Assembly: GCA_043817405.1 (NCBI GenBank) | Contig: JBDRGV010000027.1 | Coordinates: forward strand, 1 to 53,939 | DNA from: an archaeon | Lineage (GTDB): Archaea > Nanobdellota > Nanobdellia > Woesearchaeales > GCA-2686295 | DNA: 53,939 nt | Reading direction: 5' to 3' | In this document: positions 1 to 10,467 of the stretch, in pieces | Numbering within the stretch: position 1 is the stretch's first letter | How the letters are laid out: every line of letters starts with the position of its first letter | Program-made: the position numbers and the translations under genes | Notes under the pieces: generated by a model | The model's input: only the letters and a program-made list of their open reading frames with translations | What the model was told of the DNA's origin: nothing | Databases searched by the model: none

Positions 1-145
1 TTCCCCATCCTTACGGATTCATACCTGAAGTCGGATTCGGAAATCTCCGGTTCAAGGCCTACAGGCGGCTCGCCGGAGCATTTTGCAGCTAGTCGCATCC
101 TTCTTCGGCGCCAGAGCCAAGTCATCCACCTGATAGCGTTAGCTT
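1..145 (-). rRNA. rrl: 23S rRNA, 5' end (continues beyond window start)
   Basis: Minus strand reads ...GGTGGATGACTTGGCTCTGGCGCCGAAGAAGGATGCG...CCGGAGATTTCCGAAT, a typical archaeal 23S 5' domain, downstream of 16S-tRNA-Ala. The 5' boundary is approximate. Confidence 0.9.
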
Positions 146-304
146 TTGTCTATGCACGGCATCATTGATGGTTAATCTTTGCCTACAGTCCTTATGTGGC
201 CATAGGGACTATTTTGAATTGATGAATATGACGAAAACCGCTGGAATCCGCGGTTTTCGGGATTGAAAACTTTTGAAGTTTTCAATAATATGGACCCGGC
301 GGGA

Positions 305-398
305 AATTCACAGACGACACGTCGTGCAAGCACGACACGCCCAACAGGCGTGCGTCCACCAAAGGTGGACTGATGGTGCCAGCTGACATTTCAGCTGT
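305..398 (-). other. 94-nt tRNA intron in the T-loop (59/60) with BHB motif
   Basis: Exon TTCA pairs with intron TGAA, 3-nt bulges AA|A and TT|T, outer helix CAG/CTG. Confidence 0.88.
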
Positions 399-420
399 TT
401 TGAACCCGCGGCCCCCACCT

Positions 421-433
421 GTCTAGTATTCAA
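421..433 (-). other. 13-nt canonical tRNA intron (37/38), relaxed BHB
   Basis: TTGAATACTAGAC lies between A37 and A38; exon CTTG pairs with intron CTAG with one U-U mismatch. Confidence 0.85.
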
Positions 434-503
434 TGCAAGGGTGATGCTCTACCAGGCTGAGCTACAGGCCCATATTGAGAGTGTTGCTCTATTTTAAAAA
501 AAA

Positions 504-2061
<1,558 letters not shown>

Positions 2062-2412
2062 TGGTTTCCAATTCCTGATGTCCAAAAATCAAAGATTTTT
2101 GTTACAACGAGAATTGTTTAAAACAATTCCTGATTATTCAACATGAAGTTGAACAAGCGGTAATTACTATCGTTTTTATTTGGTCGCAATTAAATTATTT
2201 CAGAATTGGCTCTATTATATAGAGCTGTGGTTGCATGTATTCCTACCAATACTTGAGCATTACATCAAGCATCTATTTTTGTGTGATACTTTCGTCATAC
2301 AAACGACCTTTCGGTCTCTGACAGAATTGGAGTTGATGTGTAGGAAATCTCGATTCGGATTCCCGCATATTCACATCTTAATGATTGTGAGAATATCTAG
2401 GAAAAAAAGGCC

Positions 2413-2428
2413 GTTTATAAATGTTTCT
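2413..2428 (-). promoter_or_regulatory. Probable rRNA operon promoter (BRE + TATA)
   Basis: Minus strand AGAAACATTTATAAAC about 350 nt upstream of 16S. Confidence 0.55.
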
Positions 2429-2492
2429 ATGCCTCTGAAGATTAGAAACTTCAAAAAACTTGTTTTTTGTATCTTACGGTGGAAGAAACACA

Positions 2493-2918
2493 CTATTGAA
2501 GTTCAAACTCTGCTTTAGTTATATTATAGTGTAGAACTTTTATCCCATGATCAATTAATTGTTGATGGCTATCATCATGCTCATATACTGGTCTGAGTTC
2601 CCACCAACATTCACCTTCATGTTCAGCTTCAAAATCCTCATCAGCAGTTATTCCTAATGAAATTCCAAGAAATTCGCCACTATAATGATTTAATGTAACA
2701 ACCTCTTTCACACCTTTCTTTTTCAGAATTTCAATTCTTTCATCATTATTTTCATAGTTCAATTCTCCATAATTGGATAATCCAAAAACTTCTTTTGCAT
2801 TTGGCCAAGAAACTTTGTAAAAAAGCAGTTCACTTCCTTCATTATCAATGGTTGATTCTTCAAACTCATAAACAATGTATTTTCCATTCAAATCTTTTTT
2901 TAGTTTATCTTCAAGCAT
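2493..2918 (-). CDS. hypothetical protein
   Basis: 141-aa acidic ORF, TATA-like element upstream, no recognised motif. Confidence 0.7.
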   Translation of the reverse strand: MLEDKLKKDLNGKYIVYEFEESTIDNEGSELLFYKVSWPNAKEVFGLSNYGELNYENNDERIEILKKKGVKEVVTLNHYSGEFLGISLGITADEDFEAEHEGECWWELRPVYEHDDSHQQLIDHGIKVLHYNITKAEFELQ

Positions 2919-2976
2919 GAGAATAAGAAATACTGGAATTTTTAAAAATGTATAGAAAAAAAATAAAAAGAATTAA

Positions 2977-3162
2977 TTATTTACTTTTGTAAACAAAATA
3001 GTATATTATTGCTGTGATTATACTCAAGACAATTGCTAGAACAATCCACAGAATTTTCATACCATCCGTTAGTTTTTTATTTTTAGTTACAACATCGTAA
3101 ATGACCCATACTGCACAAATAAGTGCGATAAGTCCGATGAGACCGCCTCCAAATAAACCCAT
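2977..3162 (-). CDS. small two-helix membrane protein (PLDc_N-like)
   Basis: WVIYDV...KILWIVL...IIYYF pattern; SD GGTGA precedes the ATG at 3162. Confidence 0.75.
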   Translation of the reverse strand: MGLFGGGLIGLIALICAVWVIYDVVTKNKKLTDGMKILWIVLAIVLSIITAIIYYFVYKSK

Positions 3163-3229
3163 ATTATCACCCAATAAAATGAGTTGAATAGGTTATTTAT
3201 AAGTTTTATTATTGTGAAAAAAATAGAAA

Positions 3230-3595
3230 TTATTTATCGACTACTTGTCTTTCACATATTAGATCATCTAAAGGTGCTTTAGTTGTTTTATTATAATCGG
3301 CCAATACTGAGTTAGCAATATTATAACCTTCATTCACAATATTTGGTGTGCCTGCATGATCCATAAGCATTTTAGCTGCTTCTTTCAAATCAGCTTTTGA
3401 TCCGTCTAGAAAAAGTTTATATGACATCTTTTTATCTGAAGCCATGAGAAATGCTTCTACTCCAGGAAGTTTGATTCCGATTGCTTCCAAACCATATTTT
3501 AATTTTGTTATCACATCAATTGTTTTTCCCAGATCGTTTGTACCTAATGGTTTATACGATTTTGCAACGTCATATTCAATTCCTAATTTTGCCAT
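3230..3595 (-). CDS. hypothetical protein
   Basis: 121-aa ORF with AGGT SD, co-oriented with its neighbours. Confidence 0.7.
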   Translation of the reverse strand: MAKLGIEYDVAKSYKPLGTNDLGKTIDVITKLKYGLEAIGIKLPGVEAFLMASDKKMSYKLFLDGSKADLKEAAKMLMDHAGTPNIVNEGYNIANSVLADYNKTTKAPLDDLICERQVVDK

Positions 3596-3618
3596 TTTAT
3601 TTTACCTTTATTAATATT

Positions 3619-4110
3619 TCATGAACTTTCTAGATCATCAAGTTTTTCTATGACTTCATCCACTTTTGGTTTTAGAACGCCTGTGACTTCTGCTAATCCT
3701 AATTTAAGTGTTCCTTCACCATCATAGGTGGTTGGTTCATCCATATTGTTCATTACATCTTTTACTGATTCTAGTGTACCTGAAGTGTGTTTGATTTGTA
3801 CTTCCAGAGGATTTGTTTGCTTTGTATTATAAAGAGCTGAAATTGCTTTTTTTGCAGCCCCTTGACCATTATCTCGATCGTAACCCCAAGGATTTAATGT
3901 ATCACCTGAAATATCAATTTTCATAACTCTTCCATAAAGATAGTCAAAATAAGGTTCACCTTCATCAACTAATAATTGTGCGTCTTCTTTAGACATTGGT
4001 TTAGGATCATAGTGCATAAATCCCATTCCTTGTGGTTTTGAAGCATTGTAAAGTACTGCCAAAACATCTGCTTTATCAAGATCTTTAATATCTATTTCTC
4101 CATCAGTCAT
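3619..4110 (-). CDS. hypothetical protein (LYN...GMG...YFDYLxGRVMK...YDRDNG family)
   Basis: 163-aa ORF with GGTGA SD and conserved-looking motifs. Confidence 0.8.
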   Translation of the reverse strand: MTDGEIDIKDLDKADVLAVLYNASKPQGMGFMHYDPKPMSKEDAQLLVDEGEPYFDYLYGRVMKIDISGDTLNPWGYDRDNGQGAAKKAISALYNTKQTNPLEVQIKHTSGTLESVKDVMNNMDEPTTYDGEGTLKLGLAEVTGVLKPKVDEVIEKLDDLESS

Positions 4111-4240
4111 TTTATTTCACCTATTTTTTAAGTTTATAGAGAATAAGTATTATTCACCCATATATAAATGTTTTCATTTTTACTACTATTTAGTAATTAC
4201 TTTAGAAAGATTTAAATATTGACACAATATACCTGGCAAC

Positions 4241-4648
4241 ATGATTTTAGCAGACATCGTGAAAGGAGCATATGTTTCAATACTAGGAAATAGAGTTAAT
4301 GTTGTAGGTATAAGTCTTATAATTGCAGACTCATGGATGCAATTTGGACCTGACGCAGTAGAATACTCACAGTTTGCCAATCATGTGATAAATACAGGAG
4401 TCATATTTTCAGGGCTAACCATATATGGTATAGAAACAAAGGCAAGTTACAAGAAAGTAAAAAAACATATTCAAGAAACAGGTTCCTTAAATAAAGAATT
4501 TCTAAAAAAAGGTCTCAATAAAAAAAATAGGATTTTCAATTATTGTCGTTCACAAGGAGTCTACTTAGCTGCGAAAGAATTTGGTTATACAAAACAATTC
4601 AAAGAAGCTAAAAAACTATATTCTAAAAGTATCATTCCTAATTTCTAA
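4241..4648 (+). CDS. hypothetical membrane protein
   Basis: 135 aa with hydrophobic segments; stop overlaps the convergent gene. Confidence 0.6.
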   Translation: MILADIVKGAYVSILGNRVNVVGISLIIADSWMQFGPDAVEYSQFANHVINTGVIFSGLTIYGIETKASYKKVKKHIQETGSLNKEFLKKGLNKKNRIFNYCRSQGVYLAAKEFGYTKQFKEAKKLYSKSIIPNF

Positions 4649-5316
4649 GAATCAATTAACTTATCTTCATGAGGCAATTTGTATTCACTTAGAAAAGTAA
4701 AAATTCTTCTTAAGATTGGTTTTATTTTGTCTTCGGAAAGTTTGTATGCAGAAGTATTCATGATCAATTTAACCGCTAAATCAGGTATGTGAAGATGAGT
4801 TTTCAAACCCAGTAGTCCGTTCTGAGGAGTCCAATTATCATGTCCGCCCGGTTTAGCATACTCTCGAACATTACGCGGTTCAAAATTAAAATCACCATAA
4901 GGAGTCTTGAATGATAAGAAATTAACATTTTCTTTAGATAATAATTTGTTCTCTAATTCAGAATCTTCATCATCCTTTCCAGTTAAAGTTATATGAACTG
5001 GTGTTTCATTTTTTGATGAAAAAATAACTCCAAATTCTTTATCACCCACTCCTGCAGGCGTGTAATTTTCTTTTTTTAATTCATGATAAAAACCAGCCAA
5101 TTTGCCAACATAAAAAGAAGCATCTTTTTTAGGATTAACTCTCCAACCTAGAACTGCATATCCTCCTTTTTTGACTTTAGGATATCTGTCTGCAAAAAAA
5201 GCCAATTCATCATCAACAAAATAATCCCATTTTTCCATATAATCATCATCAGTTATGCATTCATTGATTCTCTGCAATGAATACTCATTAAATGTTACCT
5301 TTACTTCATCAACCAT
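4645..5316 (-). CDS. hypothetical protein
   Basis: Long ORF; start moved to the ATG (MVDEV) just downstream of a TATA-like TTTAAAA. Confidence 0.65.
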   Translation of the reverse strand: MVDEVKVTFNEYSLQRINECITDDDYMEKWDYFVDDELAFFADRYPKVKKGGYAVLGWRVNPKKDASFYVGKLAGFYHELKKENYTPAGVGDKEFGVIFSSKNETPVHITLTGKDDEDSELENKLLSKENVNFLSFKTPYGDFNFEPRNVREYAKPGGHDNWTPQNGLLGLKTHLHIPDLAVKLIMNTSAYKLSEDKIKPILRRIFTFLSEYKLPHEDKLIDS

Positions 5317-5394
5317 AAAAAAGAAGGAATACAAACTAGTTTTTAAAGATATGTCTTGAGAATAATCAACAAGACATGGAATCAACAGATTTAA

Positions 5395-5961
5395 CTATTT
5401 TCTACAATGATATACAAATGCAGGAGGCAGATTATTCCAGATTATTTTAGTTCGTTCTACTCGTTTAAATTTGTTATTTAACAATTTTTTAAATCTAATT
5501 CCTGTTGGAAGAAAAAGTCCTTGAAGATATGCAAATGTAAGAAATTCTCCTCCTTCTTCAAGAGAGTCGTATGCAGAGTGTAATAATTCCTCCTGAAGTT
5601 TTTGATTAAATACAGCCCAAGGAAGACCAGATATGATACAGTCACAATTAGCTCGTTCATTTTCTAACAAATACCTGTTAATATCCTTAGCCGATGCATG
5701 ATAAACAATTGCACTTGGACAATTTTTTTTAGTTTCTTTAACGAATTCGTGATTTATTTCCAAACAAAAGAAAACGCATTCATCGGATATTTTTCTAGTT
5801 ATTTCATTTGTAAATACGCCAGATCCAGAACCCAGTTCCACAACACATTTTTTATTTGCTAAAGATGCCCTGTCAGTAATAAGTTCAGATAAACCCTTCG
5901 AAGAAGATGCAATGGCCCCAGTTTCCAAGGGTATTTTTAAGAATTGTTTGAAAAAATTCAT
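5395..5961 (-). CDS. SAM-dependent methyltransferase, PmtA-like (phospholipid N-methyltransferase family)
   Basis: TGAIASSS, VVELGSGSGVFT, IISGLPW and NLPPAFVY motifs. Confidence 0.85.
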   Translation of the reverse strand: MNFFKQFLKIPLETGAIASSSKGLSELITDRASLANKKCVVELGSGSGVFTNEITRKISDECVFFCLEINHEFVKETKKNCPSAIVYHASAKDINRYLLENERANCDCIISGLPWAVFNQKLQEELLHSAYDSLEEGGEFLTFAYLQGLFLPTGIRFKKLLNNKFKRVERTKIIWNNLPPAFVYHCRK

Positions 5962-5998
5962 GATAAATTAAATATTAACCTGTATTTTATAAATTATT

Positions 5999-6520
5999 CT
6001 ATTGACCGGTTTTTTCTTCTAAAGAAACTTCTTGTTTTTTCTTAAACAACCCTGTGTAGACTCCAATAAGAGTGTGGAAAGATCTTGTCACAACCATTGT
6101 TCCCCAATAAGCCATTTGATTTGCAACTCCGGGTCTAAAACCTTTACCCATAAGAAAATCGTGAAAAGGAACTGCCATTACATAGAATAATCCCATTACA
6201 GGTGCGTTGGTTAAATAGAATTTACCCACATCTTTCCAGAATGCTTTTTTATTGAAAATTCCTTCTTCATTAGTAAATTCTTCTTTATTGGCGTTATAGT
6301 GGAGACCGACTAGTATTGGAAAATATGTTACCAACTCAGTGATTGCTGCAGCCGTTGCAATTACAGCATCAGGTTGTCCTTGATATGCCATAAATTCAGA
6401 CATTCCGGACGCAAAACCAAAACTGATTATTGAACCAGCAACAACATTCAAATTGATATTAACTACACGATTGTTTTTGTAAATGTCAATTGCTTTCCGA
6501 ACTATATTGTCAAGGGCCAT
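5999..6520 (-). CDS. hypothetical membrane protein (about 4 TM)
   Basis: 173 aa with alternating hydrophobic helices. Confidence 0.7.
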   Translation of the reverse strand: MALDNIVRKAIDIYKNNRVVNINLNVVAGSIISFGFASGMSEFMAYQGQPDAVIATAAAITELVTYFPILVGLHYNANKEEFTNEEGIFNKKAFWKDVGKFYLTNAPVMGLFYVMAVPFHDFLMGKGFRPGVANQMAYWGTMVVTRSFHTLIGVYTGLFKKKQEVSLEEKTGQ

Positions 6521-6619
6521 TTCACATTTAGGAATAAAATGTAATATTTAAAGCTTTAGAAGAGTAGTTACTTTTAAGTAATAAAATTATAAAACTTCAA
6601 ACTTAAAAGAACATTTCTT

Positions 6620-6666
6620 AAGAATTTAGAATCACTTATTCCGTCTCTTTCTCTTTTCTTTTTTCA
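6620..6666 (-). repeat. Direct repeat copy C of rpl41e 3' end (att-like)
   Basis: 46/47 identical to 7841..7887. Confidence 0.95.
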
Positions 6667-6672
6667 ATGAGT

Positions 6673-7083
6673 TTACAAATGCTTAGTTCCTAAATCTTCA
6701 GTAAATCTTAACAAATAACCATCAGGATCTTTAATAAGAAATTCTTTATTCCTAATAAATTGATCATCTTGCCTATACCAATTTTCTTTAGGTTCAATAA
6801 AAATAGGATATTTATTTTTTTTAAGATTATCTAAAATTGGTTGGATTTTATCAACTTCAATTTGAAAATTAATTCCCCTACCAAAAGGATGTTGTAATTC
6901 GCCTGTACTCCAATTATCATTAACTTCTTCAATCATCATCTGACTTCCTTGAAAAGAAATCATAGCGAATTTAGACTCGGTTCTTTGATATTCAATTTTG
7001 AATCCGAGCACTTCAATATAAAATTTTAAACTTTCTTCAAAATTCGACACACTTAATTCAGGAATTAATTTATTGAATTTCAT
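6673..7083 (-). CDS. VOC/glyoxalase-bleomycin resistance family protein
   Basis: LIPELSV...FY..VLGF, GRGINFQIEV and DPDGYLLRF motifs; start set at MKFNKL. Confidence 0.88.
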   Translation of the reverse strand: MKFNKLIPELSVSNFEESLKFYIEVLGFKIEYQRTESKFAMISFQGSQMMIEEVNDNWSTGELQHPFGRGINFQIEVDKIQPILDNLKKNKYPIFIEPKENWYRQDDQFIRNKEFLIKDPDGYLLRFTEDLGTKHL

Positions 7084-7129
7084 AATAGTATAACAAGCTC
7101 TATTGTTAAATATTTTTCTAAAATAGAAT

Positions 7130-7163
7130 TTCAAGAATTTAGAATCACTTATTCTGTCTCTTT
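7130..7163 (-). repeat. Direct repeat copy B of rpl41e 3' end (att-like)
   Basis: 34/34 identical to 7838..7871. Confidence 0.95.
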
Positions 7164-7208
7164 ATAAATATAGAAACAATTAATAATAAAAACATATTCC
7201 TTGTTTTT

Positions 7209-7815
7209 ATGACTTCAAATAATTACTTTGTCTTTATTGAAAAAGCTTTTCATAATTTTGAATTAAAAGAATTAGCAGAGTTATTGAGTTTTCCTTATGG
7301 GAAAAAAATTTCTGAATATGGAAATAATAATGGATTACCACATATTTGGTCCGGAAGACTTTCTTCAGGAATAATTGGATTAACAAACTGTGTTGCTGGA
7401 AACAGAGGACCAAAAGAACAAAATGAAGTTTTATTAGGTGTTGGAATACAAGGATTGGACAAATTAGTTGATATAGGTTTTGTTCCTTGTGTTGTTTGTC
7501 ACCCTGAAAAAAATAGATAATTTCTGGCAACCAATAAAAAACACTGTTTCTGAAAAATATGACTTAAACTCATTAGAAGATTTTCTTGATAAAGAAATAA
7601 TGCCTTTCGATGCAAGACGACTTAATTGGGAAGAAATTCTACCTATGACGGGAAAAACACCGAGCAGACTTTACCTACCTATAGGTTTGAAAGAAAAAGA
7701 CATTTATGCCCTTGATAGAAGATTCGCAAGCATAGGATTCACAATTCCAAAAGTAGGATATTATGATTCTAAAGCAGAAACCAGATTCACAGAATACAAA
7801 GTAGTTAATATTTAA
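7209..7815 (+). pseudogene. Ada-type Zn-binding-domain protein split by a one-base insertion in an A7 run
   Basis: GFVPCVVCHP resembles Ada GYRPCKRCxP; deleting one A at 7507..7513 fuses the two ORFs (…HPEKIDNFW…). Confidence 0.7.
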
Positions 7816-7852
7816 GATTGTTTCTTATTGAAAAATGTTCAAGAATTTAGAA

Positions 7853-7954
7853 TCACTTATTCTGTCTCTTTCTCTTTTCTTTTTTCATCTTTTTACGTTG
7901 CCACTTCCAACGCATTTGACCTTTCTTTTTCCATCGTCTGGAACTTCTTTTCAT
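7853..7954 (-). CDS. rpl41e: ribosomal protein eL41 (absent from ORF track)
   Basis: MKRSSRRWKKKGQMRWKWQRKKMKKEKRKRQNK*, with the MRWKW..K.M signature of archaeal L41e. Confidence 0.88.
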   Translation of the reverse strand: MKRSSRRWKKKGQMRWKWQRKKMKKEKRKRQNK

Positions 7955-8129
7955 CCTTACATTGCTTCACAACTTTGTTCGTTGCTAGTTAGACCTCCAT
8001 TACTTTCTGTTGGAACTATGGTCTGTTTAAAAAGTTTTGGAATATATGAAATTCCAAAATTCAAAAACAAGATTGTTTTTGTATATTGCTATCAACAACT
8101 TTATATAGTAAATAAATTAACCTTTTTTC

Positions 8130-8801
8130 ATGAAGAATTTATTCAAGTTGCTTTCAAAGGAGGATAAGATTCTTATTTCTATTTCATGGGCTTTGAAGTT
8201 TGCTTTTCTTTTTGTACTTGTAACTTCTACAGTCAAAGGTAATATTCTTTATGCGGGACTTGCGTTACTAGTATTAATCATGTCTTTTCTTCCTTCCATG
8301 ATTAAGAGGCGTTTTAACATTATTTCTCCTCCTGAATTTGAACTAATCATTGCTCTATTTCTTTACGCTTCTTTAATACTTGGTGAAATGAATAATTTCT
8401 ACTTCAAATTTCCTTGGTGGGATGTAATGCTTCACGGTTTTTCAGCCATAATGATTGCACTCATTGGTTTCATGATAGTATTTTCATTGTACTACACTCA
8501 TAAAGTCGTTTTTTCAGCTTTGGTTGCTTCGATTTTCGTATTCTCGTTTGCTCTGTCAATCGGCGCTTTATGGGAGATATTAGAGTTTGCCATGGACTCA
8601 TTCCTCAAATTAAACATGCAAAAGAGTGGATTGATAGATACCATGTGGGATTTGATAATAGATAGCATCGGAGCCTTAATAGTAGCCATAAGTGGTTACT
8701 TCTATATGAAAGGCGGACCATCTTTTTTGATGGAACGATTTGTAAAGAAATATATAAGTATAAATCAACACAGATTCAAAAATAAAAAAGAATTGGTTTA
8801 A
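8130..8801 (+). CDS. integral membrane protein (DUF2238-like)
   Basis: WWDVMLH, ALWEILEF and DTMWDLIID motifs. Confidence 0.8.
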   Translation: MKNLFKLLSKEDKILISISWALKFAFLFVLVTSTVKGNILYAGLALLVLIMSFLPSMIKRRFNIISPPEFELIIALFLYASLILGEMNNFYFKFPWWDVMLHGFSAIMIALIGFMIVFSLYYTHKVVFSALVASIFVFSFALSIGALWEILEFAMDSFLKLNMQKSGLIDTMWDLIIDSIGALIVAISGYFYMKGGPSFLMERFVKKYISINQHRFKNKKELV

Positions 8802-8849
8802 GGAAAAGATTATAAACATCTTTATATTTCTGTTTTTCAAGGTGATAAT

Positions 8850-9299
8850 ATGGTTGGTAAATTAGCATTGTACACAGCTATAGTAGCAGGAATTGGCTTG
8901 ACAGTATTTGATCTGGTTGAATACAAGAAAGCAGAGGCAGAAATAGTGAAGCCAGCATTGGTTGTAGAGTATGATTATAATAAGAGGTTAATAGGGCATT
9001 TAGAACAAGAACCTCCTACTTTCTTATGGTATGGACAAGATGAGGAAATCCCTGTAGAAAAAATTGATCAAGCTAAAGAGCTTAGAGAAAGAAACAAAGA
9101 GATTAAATCAATCGATGGTTTTTTCGAATCCAATGACTTGTACAAAGATCAACTGAAAGAAGCTCGAGGAGAGACAAAAACATTATTTCCAGGTGTAATT
9201 CTTACAGTTGGCGGGATGTTAGGATTAGCTTACAATAGTCTGAAAGATAACAAATACGAAATAAAGCGAGAAGATCTTGAAATCAAGGACTCCCAATAG
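8850..9299 (+). CDS. hypothetical membrane-anchored protein
   Basis: GGTGA SD; N- and C-terminal hydrophobic helices. Confidence 0.7.
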   Translation: MVGKLALYTAIVAGIGLTVFDLVEYKKAEAEIVKPALVVEYDYNKRLIGHLEQEPPTFLWYGQDEEIPVEKIDQAKELRERNKEIKSIDGFFESNDLYKDQLKEARGETKTLFPGVILTVGGMLGLAYNSLKDNKYEIKREDLEIKDSQ

Positions 9300-9358
9300 T
9301 TCTTGGTCCTAAAACAAAAAATGTTTTAGAAATAAAAAAATAATTTTATTTTTCTAAT

Positions 9359-10405
9359 CTAAGCTATATAAGTCCCAAGTTCTTTCTTGAACTCTTCTAT
9401 GACAGCTACAGGTGTTGGGTCTATCATGTATCTTAATGCTAGGAAGTATGAAACCCAGTCTCCCATGTGAATGGCTGAGAATAGCTTTGTTAAAAGAGTG
9501 TTTCCTTTTATGGCTATGTCTGTGACGCTTATGTCTTTATTTGTCAAATGTTTCTTGGTTATGTCCATTCGTTTAGACATTCTATGACCATCAATATCTG
9601 ATCTCAACATTATGCAATGGAAATGCGCGTTTTGATTAAATATTCCTTGCATTTCATTGTGATTCAATTCTGAGAATTCATTGTAGAAAGCCATTACTTT
9701 GCTGTTCTCGTTCAATTGTGTTTTCCATCTATAGGCAACCGGTGCCAATACTTCTGATGCATAGATTAAAGGTATTTTGTCGACTAGTTTTTCAGATATT
9801 GTAATTCCATTATCCATGAATACTTTCTTATCCAAATTCTTAATCAGTTGTTCAACTTCTGGTTTTCTATTGCTTGTGATTCTTACTTTTTCAAGCAATC
9901 TTAGCATTGGAAAGAATGAGTATGCCAGTGCTGCTCTTGGTTGCATCCCGGTTGGTATTTTGATGACCGGTGTTCTATTGGCGATTGATAGGTGCAATAG
10001 TTTTCCACCGGAAGTTATGCTTACTATTCTGCAGGATTTTCTAAGTGCATCTTTGTATGAGGAAAGTGTTTCTTCGGTGTTTCCTGAGTAGCTGCTTATA
10101 ATTACCAGTGTTTCTTTATTGGCATCTTTTGGTAGATTATATCCTCTGCTTACGGTTATTGGTGTTGGTTCATCTCTCAAGAATGATTTCATGATGTCTC
10201 CTGCGACAGCGCTTCCGCCCATTCCTGCTATGATGACTTTTTTTATGTCACCTTCTACTTCAACATCTATTTTTTGCTTGTAAGCGAGATTGATTTGACT
10301 AGCAAATCCTTGTATTACACTCTTCATATCTTCTTTATCATACTTATAATAATCATCTGGAAAAACAAGTTCTTCATCTTCCATAACATCTTCATTTTCA
10401 GCCAT
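9359..10405 (-). CDS. bifunctional phosphoglucose/phosphomannose isomerase
   Basis: GMGGS, SYSGNTEET, QPRAA, RWKTQLNENSK and ELNHNE motifs. Confidence 0.95.
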   Translation of the reverse strand: MAENEDVMEDEELVFPDDYYKYDKEDMKSVIQGFASQINLAYKQKIDVEVEGDIKKVIIAGMGGSAVAGDIMKSFLRDEPTPITVSRGYNLPKDANKETLVIISSYSGNTEETLSSYKDALRKSCRIVSITSGGKLLHLSIANRTPVIKIPTGMQPRAALAYSFFPMLRLLEKVRITSNRKPEVEQLIKNLDKKVFMDNGITISEKLVDKIPLIYASEVLAPVAYRWKTQLNENSKVMAFYNEFSELNHNEMQGIFNQNAHFHCIMLRSDIDGHRMSKRMDITKKHLTNKDISVTDIAIKGNTLLTKLFSAIHMGDWVSYFLALRYMIDPTPVAVIEEFKKELGTYIA

Positions 10406-10467
10406 ATTGACCACCTATAGAAAATTAATACATTTCTATTTATATAATTTGTTGAAAAGCAGAAAGA

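Larger units (their letters stand above)
291..471 (-). tRNA. tRNA-Ala(UGC) with two introns (421..433 at 37/38; 305..398 at 59/60); CCA not encoded
   Basis: After removing both introns: GGGCCTG-TA-GCTC-AGCCTGGTA-GAGC-A-TCACC-CTTGCAA-GGTGG-GGGCC-GCGGG-TTCAAAT-CCCGC-CGGGTCC-A. It has the G3:U70 Ala identity pair and lies in the 16S-23S spacer. Confidence 0.93.

Noticed and set aside
2180-2518. 112-aa plus-strand ORF
   Set aside because: Antisense to the rRNA leader/promoter, TTG start and no protein-like features.
6620-7887. Three repeats read as a CRISPR array
   Set aside because: The spacers are 460-680 bp and contain whole genes, the repeat is the rpl41e coding end, and no cas genes are present.
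7955-8050. rpl41e upstream leader as a C/D-box sRNA or riboswitch
   Set aside because: No C (RUGAUGA) or D (CUGA) box pair and no convincing stem was found.
7835-8167. 110-aa plus-strand ORF
   Set aside because: Shadow of rpl41e on the opposite strand; its F/L/S-rich composition reflects antisense Lys/Arg codons.
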